DNA from: Gracilinanus agilis
Taxonomy: Eukaryota
Direction: 5' to 3'
Length of the DNA stretch: 64,000 bases
Assembly (NCBI RefSeq): GCF_016433145.1
Contig: NC_058133.1
Span: 313,053,687 to 313,117,686 of the forward strand
The position numbers were made by a program, and so were the translations under genes. The notes beneath the pieces were generated by a model, which made no database searches, was not told where the DNA came from, and was given only the letters and a program-made list of their open reading frames with translations. This document shows, piece after piece, positions 11,755-25,349 of this stretch. Positions within the stretch are counted from its first letter, which is position 1, and each line of letters opens with the position of its first letter.

Positions 11755-12075
11755 CTGCCATTTTCTTTTAGTAGCATTACTGAAACTTGTTTTTCTTTAA
11801 CCTATTTTTCCTATTTAAAAAAAATTTTTTTAGTCATATCAGGGTTGCCTTCCCCATGTAGCATTCCTTTTTATAGCACCTTGACAACTTTCCTAAAATA
11901 AGACCATCAGTCACACCATTGGAGAACATTAAAACTATAATTGTCAAGGAAAACTAGCTGCCATTTTCAGATTGTTAGAACCTGTCTTGATTAACATCAG
12001 TCTAAAACTAAGTCCCAAGACAGAGAATCTTGTTTTGTGAGAAGTAGAAGTGGCTGCTACCTAAAAACATGCCCA

Positions 12076-12254
12076 GGGGCAGCTGGGTAGCTCAGTGGAG
12101 TGAGGGTCAGGCCTAGAGACAGGAGGTCCTGGGTTCAGACCCGGCCTCAGCCACTTCCCAGCTGTGTGACCCTGGGCAAGTCACTTGACCCCCATTGCCC
12201 ACCCTTACCAATCTTCCACCTATGAGACAATGCACCGGAAGTACAAGGGTTTAA
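12076..12254 (+). mobile_element. SINE1_Mdo-like SINE, variant 3' end
   Basis: TSD AAAAACATGCCCA; tail cttccacctatgagacaatgcaccggaagtacaagggttt; CpGs retained. Confidence 0.9.
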
Positions 12255-12619
12255 AAAAACATGCCCAAGTATCCCCTACTATTGAAAAACCTTCACTAAA
12301 CCTTCTCTCTAGATATAATCCTCTATTTTTTCTCCCATTTTCTGCCAAATTCCTCTCAGAAAAAACTGCCTACTAGAATTAATTTCCTTTGCTTCCTCTT
12401 TTCTCAATTCTCAATCCTTTGTTATCTGGCACTGGTAATATGAAAACAAAATTATCCCTACCTTCAAGAATTTTACATTTGACTGGAAGAAACTATCTAT
12501 ACACAGATGCAGAGACAGACAGAGATACACACACACACACAATGAATACAAAGTGATTTGCAGGGTAGGGATGGGAAAAGTACTAACCATGGGGAGACGG
12601 TTTCAGGAAAGACTATCTG

Positions 12620-13225
12620 GAGCTATGCCCAAAGAGCTATAAAATTGCATACCCTTTGACCCGGCACTATCATACTAGGCCTATATCTCAGAAATCATAG
12701 AGAAAGGAAGAGGATAATCAGTTTTTGTGTACAAAAATATTTATAGCAGCTCTCTCTGTTGGAGAAAAAATAAAAATAATTAAGGGATGTCCATCAACTG
12801 GGGAATAGCTAAACAAGTTATGGCATACGATTGTAAAGGAACACTATTGCCCCACAAGAAACCACAAATGGGATGATTTTAGAAAAACTTGGAAAGCCTT
12901 ATCTGAACTGATGCAAAATGAGCAGAACCAGAACAATGTATACAGTAACAGAAATATTGTGCAAGGACCCAAGACAAGCCCAAAGGAGTCATGATGAAAA
13001 GTACTGTGCCATTTCTTGCCTCATTTCCTTTATGAGTTTTTTCTTACATGTGCCATATATGTCTTCACTACAGAAAGAATAGGCCCTGTAATAACATAGA
13101 TTGTTTGCCAGCTGGGGAGGGTATTTGGGAAGGGAGGCAAAGAATTTGGACTGCAAAAGATCAGAAAGCAATTGTTAAAGAATTGTTTACATGACGAGTG
13201 AGTTAGCTAAAAAAAAAAAAAAAAA
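12620..13225 (+). mobile_element. Old L1 ORF2/3'UTR fragment
   Basis: ctatgcccaaagagctataaaattgcataccctttgacccggca…ggatgtccatcaactggggaatagctaaacaagttatgg. Confidence 0.8.
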
Positions 13226-13581
13226 GATTCAATAAAGAAGAGGCATTTGAGATGAGCTCTGAAAGGGAGTTCTAAGATGCAGAGTTGTGGAAAGAGGGTC
13301 AAGATATGGAGCTGGGAGATGTAATATCATGTTAAGGAAACAGAAAGAACTTAGAAGGACAGGAATGTATAATCGGAAAGATAAATTGGAGCCATGTTGC
13401 GAAAGGCTTTAAATAGCAAATTAAAGAGTGCATATTTAATTTCAGAGGCAATTAGGAGGCACTGAAACTTCTTGAGCAGGAAAATAACGTGATCAAGCAT
13501 AATTTCACTTTAGGAATATCACCCTGACAACTGTCTAGAAGATGGACAAGAGGCAGGAAGTCCAGTTAGAAGGCTATTACA

Positions 13582-14123
13582 GGGGTCAGCTGGGTAGCTC
13601 AGTGGATTGAGAGTCAGGCCTAGAGATGGGAGGTCCTAGATTCAAATCTGGCCTCAGACACTTCCCAGCTGTGTGACCCTGGGCAAGTCACTTGATCCCC
13701 ATTGCCTAGCCCGGTGACGGCAAACATATGACACGCATGTAGCCATTTTCGAGGACTTGCAGCCGAGAAGTATGGGGCCACATGACGAGGATGAAACATT
13801 TGCTGTAGTGTAGTGTAGACACTCTGTGCGCTATAGATGACAATTCTACCTATATTAATTTACCTATTTTGGTTTATTAAATACAGTTATGTATTACAAT
13901 TATACACTTTTGTTAAACTATAAATATCGTGAAATTATGGGGTTTTTTTCTCAAAGTGACACATCACCCAAGTTATGCTCATTTTTTTTTGGCAAATTTT
14001 GACACACCAAGCTCAAAAGGTTGCCCATCACTGGCCTAGTCCTTACCACTCTTCTGCCTTGGAACCAATAGAGAATTGATTCCCAGACAGAAGGTAAGGG
14101 TTTAAAAAAAAAAAAAAAAAAAA
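13582..14123 (+). mobile_element. SINE1_Mdo-like SINE split by the hAT element
   Basis: Head GGGGTCAGCTGGGTAGCTCAGTGG to ...CATTGCCTAGCC, resuming GCCTAGTCCTTACCACTC... to poly(A); degenerate TSD aaggctattaca/aagactattgca. Confidence 0.9.
13712..14033 (+). mobile_element. hAT non-autonomous element, OC1/OposCharlie1-like, 322 bp, inserted in a SINE
   Basis: Termini CGGTGACGGCAAACATATGACACGC... and ...AAAAGGTTGCCCATCACTG; 8-bp TSD GCCTAGCC 13704-13711 / GCCTAGTC 14034-14041; family name from recall. Confidence 0.8.
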
Positions 14124-14357
14124 GACTATTGCAATAGTCTTTGTAAAAGACAAGGCCCTGAACTAACCTGATGGCTATGTAAATGAACAGAAGAGAACAG
14201 ATACAAAAGATGTGGTAGAATGTAATCAATAACACTTATCAACTGTTTGGATATCGGGGTCAAAGTGAGGAATTGTAGATGTCTAGGTTTTGAATCTGGG
14301 AGAATGGATGAATGGTAGCCTCCACTGAAATAAGTAAGCTAAGAGGGGATGGCTTAG

Positions 14358-14535
14358 ACCAGTGGCACTTAACCTGGAATCTATGCATTTGTTTTTTAAA
14401 ATAGTCTAGATTGTATTTCAATATAATTGGTTTCCCATGTGTGCCTATGTACTTCATTGCATGCATTTAAAAGAGGGGGTCCGTAAGTTTCATTCATTAG
14501 ATTGTCAGAGATCTATGACCAAAAAAATTAAAATG
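14358..14535 (+). mobile_element. Ancient MER-type hAT-Charlie MITE
   Basis: cagtggcacttaacctgg…gtatttcaatataattggtttcc…ggggtccgtaagtttca…ctatgaccaaaaaaattaa resembles a recalled therian MITE; exact family uncertain. Confidence 0.5.
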
Positions 14536-15019
14536 TTATCCATAACAAGGCAAAGCACTTGCTCTTTCTGAATAACCTAAAAAGAAATCCAAAACTGCCC
14601 TTTTTTCCCCCCATGTTCAAATTTCAGTCATGTAGAAGGCATCATGATAGTATGGAGATGTTAAATATACTCCAGGGCTGCATATAGCCCACAGTATTCT
14701 GGAGTGAAGTCAAAACAGGATGGAAATGTTTACCAAAAAAAAAAAATACAATAAAACATACACAGTGTTACTTTGTGATTTTCTAAGTCAATGTGCTTCC
14801 ACAGGTATCAGTTTCTACTTGAGTTATTATGTCACTGCCCTACACCAAAGAAATTATAGGTCCAGTCCAAAAAGAGAAATTCAACAATGTGAAATTATGG
14901 GGATTTATAATTGGTTAAACATTTTCCAATTTGATCTTTGGGTCAAGCAGCTCTAAATCCACCTAACTGGATTTACCCAAAAGTATTGCATGAGAAGCTG
15001 CTCTATTAAACTGTTAGTA

Positions 15020-15205
15020 TTTTTTAATCCTTACCTTTAAAAACAAAATAGACCAAGGCAGGTTCCAAGGCAGAATAGCTGTAAGGGAAATGGGAGTTGA
15101 GTGACTTGCCCAGGTCACAGCTAGGAAGTGTCAAAGGCCAAACATAAACCCCAAGACCTGTCTCTAGGTTTGGCTCTCAATCTACTAAGCCACCTTGCTG
15201 CCCCC
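15020..15205 (-). mobile_element. Diverged SINE1_Mdo-like SINE
   Basis: Antisense core gtgacttgcccaggtcacagctaggaagtgtc…gccaccttgctgcccc. Confidence 0.75.
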
Positions 15206-16523
15206 TTAAAGTTTTATATACATATAATTCCTATACATATAGTTTCTTTCCTTAAGCTCAAGGGAGTACATTCCTAATAGTATTGCCAAGTCAAAGGGAA
15301 TGTAGTTTAGTGACTTTAGGGATGTAGTTTCAAGTTGAAATTCAGTTCCACCAGCAGTACAAGTGTACCTGCCCTCCCATAACCCTTCCAATGATTACTA
15401 TTTTCCTCATTGGTCATTTTTGACAATCTGATGGGTGTGAGGTAGAATCTACCTTGAAGTTGTTTTAGTTTACATTTCTCTCATTATTGGAACATTTCTT
15501 CACATGGTTATTGACGGTGTTTTTTCATTTGAAAACTGCCCATATCTTTTGATCACTTATCCATTAATGATTTTGACAGCATTTGCAAGGGAGGAAACTG
15601 GGCAAGGTTGGGGGGGGGGGGGAGAGATGCTGAATGTGGAAGCAAAGAGACTTGGAATTGAATTCCACTTTTATTACCTGGATGACTTTGGGCAAGTCAA
15701 TTAACCTATATGGCCTTCAGATTCTTGAGCTAAATTTATCAATCCAACAAATATTAATATTTTAATATTCAAAGAAAGAGAACTTTGGTATATGAAACTG
15801 TCTCTTTCCTTGTAATAAGTATGGTTAAGCAATACATTGGTCTTATCTGAAAATGTCACATTTTCTACCTCCACTACATCTCTCTTCAGTTAGGAGAAAT
15901 GCATCATTATAATGAAGTGTGAGGTCTAAGATCCCTTCCAGCTCTAAATACATGTACCTATTGTTCTGATGGTTACTTTCATGAAACACAATTCTAAAAT
16001 ATTACCTACTCATATCCTTGGAAATTTTTTGTCAAATTGGTTGTTTTGGTATTGATTTAAAGATTATATTGCCCCTTTTCTTTGTTTCGTGTTTTCAGTG
16101 ACAGCAAAAAGCAAAAAAACTCAAATCATCCAAATTGACTCAATTTTATTTTAATGCTATTCATGTTACATTCAACTTATTTGGAATGCCTGCGAGAACA
16201 TAGTAGGATCCCACATGTCCAATGGGATAGCCATCTCTTAAGAAGGTACCCATTTCTTTAAGGCCAACAACTAGGAACATGCAGAGCGCCCCTAGAACAC
16301 TTTTTCAATTGTTTGACATCTGAAAAAAACAAACCCCAATCTACCAAGGTTGCTTTTGAAAGTTTACACCATATATAACATTTTGAAGATACTTGTTTAA
16401 CTCATCCTAATTAGACTGAGAACTTCAAAGGTCAGGTCTTTGTCTTCTATAGATCTGTAACCTTTCCCCATTATGCAGACTGGACACTTACATGATATTC
16501 CCCTTGTAATTCAAATAAATCTT

Positions 16524-16539
16524 CCACTAGATGGTGCTA
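16524..16539 (+). promoter_or_regulatory. Candidate CTCF site
   Basis: CCACTAGATGGTGCTA against the consensus CCACYAGRKGGCGCTA (one mismatch); binding unverified. Confidence 0.45.
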
Positions 16540-19017
16540 AAAACCAAATAATCTGAAAACACTTAAGCTTTCTCTTCTTTCCAATACCACTGACCTCACT
16601 CCCATCAGGCTGTTTTAAACTAAATAATACTAAGTATATTTAAAAGAAAAACCTCCAATTAGAAGTTTACTAAAAATGTGCTTGATACAATTGTTTTTAA
16701 GTGAACAGGCACTCATTGTGATGTAATTTTTGTTTGTAATTCAAGGGATTTGGGGAAGGCTTTGGATTGAAATCTTCCAGCCCCTTTCTGGTAGTTTTAC
16801 AAAGTTTATCAAAATTTAGACTATAAAGCTGGAAGAACACCATCTTCTTAGAATCAAATGCTTTAGTTTGAAGAGATTTTTAAAACTCCAAAGAAAGGTT
16901 ATCTTGTTCAAACTCCTAATTTCACAAGTTAGACATTTTAACACAGCACAACATAGCCTTACAATGGCATTAGTCCCTGTCAGGACTTTATAACCTCTGA
17001 AATCTAAGTTTCTCTGGACATATATAATTTACCTTAAAGATTAAACCAAGTTCTCTTACTTAAAGACATCCATAATTATGTTATGCCAAGAAATATCCTT
17101 TGAGCAACCCTTCCAAGCAAAAAGATGTTGACCCTGACCTGCTATTCATTTTCTGGACACTTTTTACTAGAGTGTTTTGTGTGAATTGTGATAACAATTT
17201 TTCTTGCTAAGCTATGTATTGTGATCTAGATAGGCCAGAGGTGATATCTGAGTTAGCACAATGGCGGAAATTTGATTATTCTAACATTTTTGTAAGATAT
17301 ACTACTGACAAAAGTACCAAGCTTTTAAGTGGACACAAGCATTTGCTCTTCAATCTCCCTGAACCATTTTTCCTTTATACTTGGATTTAATGAATAAAGA
17401 TGAATTTAATAACTGACATTTATATAGCACTTTTTTAAGATTGCAAAGGAGTTCACCTAATTATTTCACTTAAACCAACACAGTCCTACCTTACAAGTAC
17501 CATTCTTGCAAAAGAAACTAAAGGGACAGCTAGATAGTATAGCAGATAGAGTGCTAGGGCTTAGGGAGAACTTGGGTTCAATCCAGCCTGAGACACTTCC
17601 TTGATGTGACCTTGGGTAAGTCACCTAACAATTGCATTAAGGGTGTAAAAAAAAAAAATCTCTTAATTTATGATCACAAAACTATAAAGTGCCAGAGGCA
17701 GGATGTAAATCAGATTTCCTGACATTCATTCTGATTTTAATATAAATGTTCCAGTAAGCACATAAACATCATTGTTTGCATATTGTTTTGTTGAGAAAGC
17801 AAATCTGCTTTATGTTTATTTTAGAATTATTTCACATAGACCAATACAATCACATATTTGAAAGGAGAAACTATAGGTACTAAAACATTGGGCAAAGGCA
17901 GAAGCTTCCACCACTGGCCTGGTTATTAATTTTTTTTCCCCTTTTAAGTTTATACATTCTCTAGCCTCCTTAACAGGATGCCAGTATTACCTTTGCCCAT
18001 ACTATGGGGTCTTTTAAATGTTAAATATGAAATGGTCCCAAAGAATAAAAAAAGCTCTCACTCAAGGGATCCATAGAATACATCCCCATCATAAAACAGC
18101 TATCAAAGACAGAGGGTTCTAACTAAGAGATGACTCCACACTTTCAGGGTCACTAAACTTAAAAGAGAATTAAGGGGTAATTAGGTAATAGAGACTAGCT
18201 AATGAAATTACCATAGCCATATACTTTGATACCAAGACTAGACACACAGCTAAGCTGGGTGAACTCCACTGTCCTATACATCCCTTCTTGCTCAATCATT
18301 TATACTACTCTTTTAACACTTGCTAGACAACCTCTTGGTTATCTTATTTTCCTATAAGTAATTCTCTGATCGGTTTTTACCTATATGTAAATAGAACTCT
18401 CCAGGCATTCTTCCCCAAAACATACTGAACAGTTCCTTTTTACTTAAATGAGCCACATACCATCTTAGTTTCCAAAACAAAATCCAATCTACACACATTA
18501 AGGTGCTAACATTCCAAAAAAATGCATTTTATGAAGACAAGTTTTGTTGGCTATGATGCACTAGAACAGTTGGTTGATAGGTAAAGAATAAGAGATTTGG
18601 GATTAAGTCTAGAGTCAAGAAAGCTGGCTTATAACTGCCCACACTTCTATGTCTTTAATGACCCAAGATAGGTCTTTTCATTTTAAAAATCTCAGCTGAC
18701 ACATTGGAAAAACAATCACCTAAATGAATTACTTTTCCTAAAAGACAAAAATAAATTCAACTAGTAATGAAGTTATCAAAAGTTTAACAGATGAGTTGAG
18801 CCTAACCTGTCAGTATTTTAAAAAAAAAGCAAATTTGTGGAATTGTTTCAAATCTGACTTAACTGATGTAAAGAACTCCTGTTAAGAAAACTACTACAGA
18901 TCAGCTACTGTACCAAGGTTTAGTCTTAGAAAGTTTAACTGAGGATCTAAGAGGTTAAATGATTTGCCCAGATTCAATGTCAGAATCAACTTTTATAATA
19001 AGTATTAAAGGAGGTTT

Positions 19018-19185
19018 GGGGGGGCAGCTAAATAACTCAATGAGTGGAGAGCCAGGGGGTCTAGGGTTCAAATCTAACATCCAGACACTTCCTAGCTATG
19101 TGATCCCTGGTAAGTCACTTAACCCCCATCACCTAGTGTTTACCACTCTTCTGCCTTGAAACCAATATACAATATTGATTCTAAG
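19018..19185 (+). mobile_element. Diverged SINE1_Mdo-like SINE
   Basis: gggggcagctaaataactcaatgagt…cagacacttcctagctatgtg…ccactcttctgccttg. Confidence 0.8.
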
Positions 19186-22100
19186 ATTCTAAGTTTCTTC
19201 CACTATAATGAAATGATATATAGGACTGTTCTCTACCATTAAGTCAGGGTGGCTCATGGCAAACCTAAAATAAAAAGTAAAAAGAATGCAAACATAAACC
19301 TGGATGTTGACTTATATTAGACAAAATTTCACTTTATAGACTACCCTGAGTTTAGCCTTACTTATACATACCACCAGTGAATGAACCCCATAGGTTCTAC
19401 CACTTTAAAAGTATGATCCTATAACCCAAATCATGACTCATTTGTGTAACATTGTTTCATAACCTACCCCATAGCTAACAGAATGTTTTATCGCCTAAGT
19501 GATAAAACAAAAAAAATGGGTTAGAACAGATTTTTCTTCATCACCCAAACCTAATTCAGGGTAGAGCTGTAAATGGAAAAGGACTTTGGAACACAGAACA
19601 CAGACAAATGCATCACTTATAATCAATGTTATCAAGTTACCATAAGCTTGTACATCTTTCAGTGAGCCACTGAGGTAATTTCAGCTAAAAATTTGTTAGC
19701 ACATCAAACGATGAACAAGGGTATTCTGGTTACCATAAGCACATATATACAGATTACTACCTTTCAAAGAACTTACGTACAATTCACACGGAACTATGCG
19801 GAGTAAAATTTAATCTTCAACAATTCAAAGGCAATTTATGATCTTACAGTGTCTTGGTCACTATAATTGACAATTTTCAAAGTCTACCCAAGAGGTAGAG
19901 AGTATGGGCTTAATGATGACGTTGCCATACCTTGTTTTCCGGAATAAACCTGACATCTCATCTCTCATGAAGTTTCAAGAATTTGTGCTTTCCAATTTTA
20001 CTTAGGTTTGACTCTCAACAGTTTATTTAACCTAGCTGGAAAGTCTAAAATTTTTTATTCATTTTTAATTAGAACCACTAGCCCCATATCCTACTAATAT
20101 CACTCCCTGCCCCAACCCCCAGTATTTCACAGGCCTACTAGTGGTTCCTTATTAACAAGCATTCCTTAATTCTACTCATGGCACTAAGGATTGAAGAGAT
20201 ATTAACTTCCTCTTATCTTGTAACCTATAGCATTAAATATAGCCCATACAAATTATACTAGATGGCATGTAAATATTAAGAGCTATACATTGTCCAAATG
20301 TTACCCTCTGTTAATAGTAAATTTAAGACATTAGGCATTACAAAGAACAAAAGGGAATTCCATATTGGTCTCTTAAGATTCTAAACATGACAAATGTAAA
20401 CATGAGCAATACTCAAACTAAATCAAGTTACCAGTTTAACCCAGTGATTTGTGCCCAGTTACTGGCTTAAACTAAAATCTTAAGTGTCAAGAGAAAAATG
20501 TATGCTGCAGTAATGGTACCTGGCAGCAACAATTCCTTAGCAATTCTGTGCTTGTAGGAGTATTATGGCTCTAGTAATCCAATGAATATTCATGGAGTAC
20601 CCAGTCTATTGTTCCCAAAGACTTAATTTAAGAATGAGAGGTCATTTTCTAGTTCCTACAAAATTTTTTGAAGATGGCAATGTTCACAAATCTTATAGTC
20701 TGCCTATGCCTTCCTAATGCTAACATAACAGTTCATAGCAGTAAACTACAACAGATTACATAAAAACTATTAAAATTAAGACACCAACTCAATGGCAAAG
20801 ATCTGCAGAAAATAAACCAACAAAAAGCCAGGTTATTTATAGGTTCACTTAATAGCCCCAATGACTTAATCATACTTGAAACCTCTAGAAAACCTGCTTG
20901 CCTATGCATTTTATTTAACAAAAGAGGCCAGCCTAGCCAACCAAACTTTTGAAAGCACCAGTGGCTCCCCAGAGAATTCTTAAGACACTACATGGTTGAA
21001 AAGTATTAAATTGCAAGTAGAATCTGTTTAACAGCTGGAAAATTATAGGGAGTTACATTCACTCCAGCCAAACTTGGCAGTTATTGGGAATGTTTCAAAA
21101 ATAAACCATTCACTGTGGTGTCAGCTACACTTGGCCAAATTAGGATAATCAGGTTGACTAATTCATTCTAAGTAAACTTCCTCACGATAGATGCAGGTGT
21201 AATTATGCTGCAACTCAGGGTTGAGGGTTTTGTGGCTAAAAAGGTCAAATAACCCTGCTTAGGTCACATCCAGCAGTTCTTACTAAAGGGAAGTTTCCTA
21301 ACCACACTATAAATACCCATTATATTTCTAAGAAGTTAAGTCTTCACTTCCAGCTTTGCTATAATTAACCCAGAAATTTAAGCTCCCCCCCACACACCCA
21401 GCTCCACCCCCAAACCAAGTGTCCCAAGTTTACCAAAAACTTAAGCTATACTCTAATTGGGCACTTATAAATATATTGCTCCCTAATATAAGTCTCAGCA
21501 TTCCTCTAATCCAGTTAGAGAAAACTATCAATGCTATTAATGCTACTTCCTAACAAAAATTCTCAGTATAGTATGTCAAAGCTTCAACATTTTAAATTCA
21601 ACTAAAGTTGTCTTATATAGACTTTTCTGCAAAATTAAGGACCCTTTATTAGGATGACAACCACTTAATATGTTGACAACAGCTTATTTTAACATCTACC
21701 TGAAGTGCTGTTTTTCCTGGATATAATCCTTTCTCCATCTACATAGTCAAAAGCCCACCCACAGTGCTACATGCATTTTTATTTTAGCCAAGAAGCTTCT
21801 AAAACCTCTAAAAAAATTCCACCCAACACCCTACCCTAAAAATCAGTGAGATTAAAGTTTGTTTTGAGGCAGTTTAACAAAGCTGGAAAAATTCCAAGAT
21901 ATCCATATTTATATATTCATCTTTCAAGGAGGTTTTCTCACCCTGAAAGATTCAAGTCCTAAATTCCAAGTTTTGGTTCTTTAAAAAAATGAACTTCTGA
22001 GGTAATTTACTTTAAGAGGTAACAAATTCTATTAGAAAATCCTAGCTTACAGCACTAATGAATTTTAGTAGTTGGAACTTCACATTTCTAATTCTCGTCT

Positions 22101-22794
22101 AACTCAACAACTGTATTAAACCATTGTTGCTAAACATTAGCAGTTTTCTGTTAGTGGAACACCTGACAATTCACTTATTTTTACACCTTTAGTATCCCCC
22201 TTTTTCCCCCAGATACTAGTGCATCCATTTGGCACAATCAGAATTTTAAGGAGCAATGCTAAACTCCATTTAAACAATTCTCATTTCAGTGCTAGCAAAT
22301 TTCAAGTAGATGGACAATTAAATAAAATTTTACCTCAGAATAGTGTATTTTCCTTAAAAATCCATCTAATTGTATATACTTGTGTAGCCTTTACCAGATG
22401 ACTGACTTGCTGGTGTTTAGATGAGATTGTCTAGCTAGAAAAAAGGAACAGCCAGAAGGCTTTGGAAGGGCATATTTTTAAAAAATTGTCCATAGTACTT
22501 TCCCCCTTAACCTACAAAAATTGAGTACCATATTTAATTTTTAATTAAGAGGCTAAAGCACCACTAACAGGTCAGATATCACATAGCTTTGTCCAAAAGC
22601 AAACTATATACACTTAAAAAAGAGTTACAAGTGTTTGGCCAAGCAAGCAGATCACTTGCAGGTATTTGGCACTTTTGTGCCCAAAGATTCCGTGGCCAAA
22701 TTATTTGTGCCTGGTCACTTCTAAGTACTTTCCACCCCCCTGGAATTCTAATAATGGTTGACCCAAAGAACACACAGGTTTCGCATTAAACTGT

Positions 22795-22800
22795 TTTAAT
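22795..22800 (-). terminator. EEF1A1: EEF1A1 proximal polyA signal ATTAAA (cleavage ~22777-22780)
   Basis: Minus strand GTCACAGAATTTTGAGACC-ATTAAA-ACAGTTTAATGCGAAA then GU-rich CCTGTGTGTTCTTTGGGTC; same context as recalled human EEF1A1. Confidence 0.85.
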
Positions 22801-22916
22801 GGTCTCAAAATTCTGTGACAGATTTTTGGTCAAGTTGTTTCCATTTAAAAATTACTGATTTTATAAACTAATAACTTAAAACTGCCACGAAACAAATGGT
22901 CCACAAAAACATTCCT

Positions 22917-23055
22917 NNNNNNNNNNNNNNNNNNNNNNNNNNNNNNNNNNNNNNNNNNNNNNNNNNNNNNNNNNNNNNNNNNNNNNNNNNNNNNNNNNNN
23001 NNNNNNNNNNNNNNNNNNNNNNNNNNNNNNNNNNNNNNNNNNNNNNNNNNNNNNN
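22917..23055. other. Assembly gap (139 N) in EEF1A1 3'UTR
   Basis: Run of N beginning 4 nt after the stop codon; 3'UTR resumes at AGGAATGTTTTTGTGGACC, homologous to the recalled human 3'UTR. Confidence 0.99.
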
Positions 23056-23059
23056 ATAT

Positions 23060-23184
23060 TCATTTAGCCTTCTGGGCCTTCTGGGCAGATTTTGTGACCT
23101 TGCCAGCTCCAGCAGCCTTCTTGTCAACTGCCTTGATGACACCAACTGCAACGGTCTGCCTCATATCACGAACAGCAAAACGAC
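23060..23184 (-). CDS. EEF1A1: EEF1A1 exon 8 coding part to TGA
   Basis: [41 protein letters not shown]; exons sum to 1389 nt = 462 aa + stop; C-terminus AQKAK is A1-type. Confidence 0.99.
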
Positions 23185-23266
23185 CTGCATTGGGAAATAG
23201 GGTTTATTAGTTCCTACCCAGTAGAATGCAAACAAAGTTATTTTTCTCTAACAATGAAGTTAACTA

Positions 23267-23533
<267 letters not shown>

Positions 23534-23633
23534 TTAAAATTCTACCTTTAGAGATAACTTGGGTCCTTCCCTTTTCAGTATCTCCTAAAACAATATGGCA
23601 ATTATTCAGACATCTAAAATCTCAAGATGGTAC

Positions 23634-23890
23634 CTGTGCAGTGAAGCCAGCTGCTTCCATGGGTGGGTCATTCTTGCTATCACCAGCCACATTACCACGG
23701 CGGACATCTTTGACAGACACGTTCTTGACATTGAAACCAACATTATCCCCAGGCAGAGCCTCACTCAAAGCTTCATGGTGCATTTCAACAGATTTTACTT
23801 CAGTTGTAACATTGACTGGGGCAAAGGTGACCACCATTCCTGGTTTTAGAACACCAGTTTCCACACGGCCAACAGGTACTGTACCAATAC
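23634..23890 (-). CDS. EEF1A1: EEF1A1 exon 6 (257 bp)
   Basis: [86 protein letters not shown]. Confidence 0.99.
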
Positions 23891-23998
23891 CTAGTGAAAG
23901 GAAAGTTAAACTCCTTTATAAAGCCACTAAATAGTATGTTTTGCCCTTCACCACTGTACAAAGACATCTAATTGCCAATACCTAATCAAATTACTTAC

Positions 23999-24149
23999 CA
24001 CCAATCTTGTAGACATCTTGGAGGGGTAAACGAAGGGGCTTGTCAGTTGGACGAGTTGGTGGCAGGATGCAATCCAAAGCTTCAAGCAGTGTAGTTCCGT
24101 TAGCATTGCCATCCTTACGGGTGACTTTCCATCCCTTGAACCAAGGCAT
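23999..24149 (-). CDS. EEF1A1: EEF1A1 exon 5 (151 bp)
   Basis: [50 protein letters not shown]; A1-type VTRKD rather than A2-type VERKE. Confidence 0.99.
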
Positions 24150-24209
24150 CTGGGAAAGAGTTCATTAATTTAGTTATTAAAATGTCAGATATATATATCT
24201 AAATTACTA

Positions 24210-24530
<321 letters not shown>

Positions 24531-24609
24531 CTATAAAGAGACAAGTTTTGTTGAGAATACTAAAATTCTTTTAAACAAATACTAGTCAGAGCTAAAAGGT
24601 TCATTGTTA

Positions 24610-24891
<282 letters not shown>

Positions 24892-25169
24892 CTACAAATA
24901 AAAAATTTAAAAATATTCAAACTCTGTACCTGGTTAACAGAACTGTTAGTTTCTTAGAAGCTGGTATGTGGTTTCAATTACTGGACAAAAATAATCTGGC
25001 CTACAAAAAACCTGGCCTTACTAAGTGACAGATTCCATAATCAAATCCAATTTCCTGTAGGAACTTATCACTGCCATCAACAGGAACTGACCACTGCCCA
25101 ATGAACAAGATTTTTAATAAGTTTCTCACACTTGAAATTCCCAAATTTTGAGGTAAAAATCATCCTCTA

Positions 25170-25349
<180 letters not shown>

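Larger units (their letters stand above)
13210..14340 (-). mobile_element. Degenerate L2 LINE fragment hosting the SINE/hAT nest
   Basis: Typical antisense-L2 text (…ttagaaggctatt(a/g)caatagtc…ggccctgaacta…) continuous across the SINE. Confidence 0.6.

Noticed and set aside
16284-16296. Second CTCF-like motif (minus CTAGGGGCGCT)
   Set aside because: One base short of the core spacing; poor match.
19913-19953. Box C (ATGATGA) and box D (CTGA) snoRNA-like pair
   Set aside because: Only 41 nt long, no terminal stem, not intronic on that strand.
23975-23984. 10-mer in EEF1A1 intron 5 identical to the exon 6 acceptor junction (TAGGTATTGG)
   Set aside because: 17 nt from the donor, too close to act as an acceptor; use as a donor would frameshift; plausibly chance.
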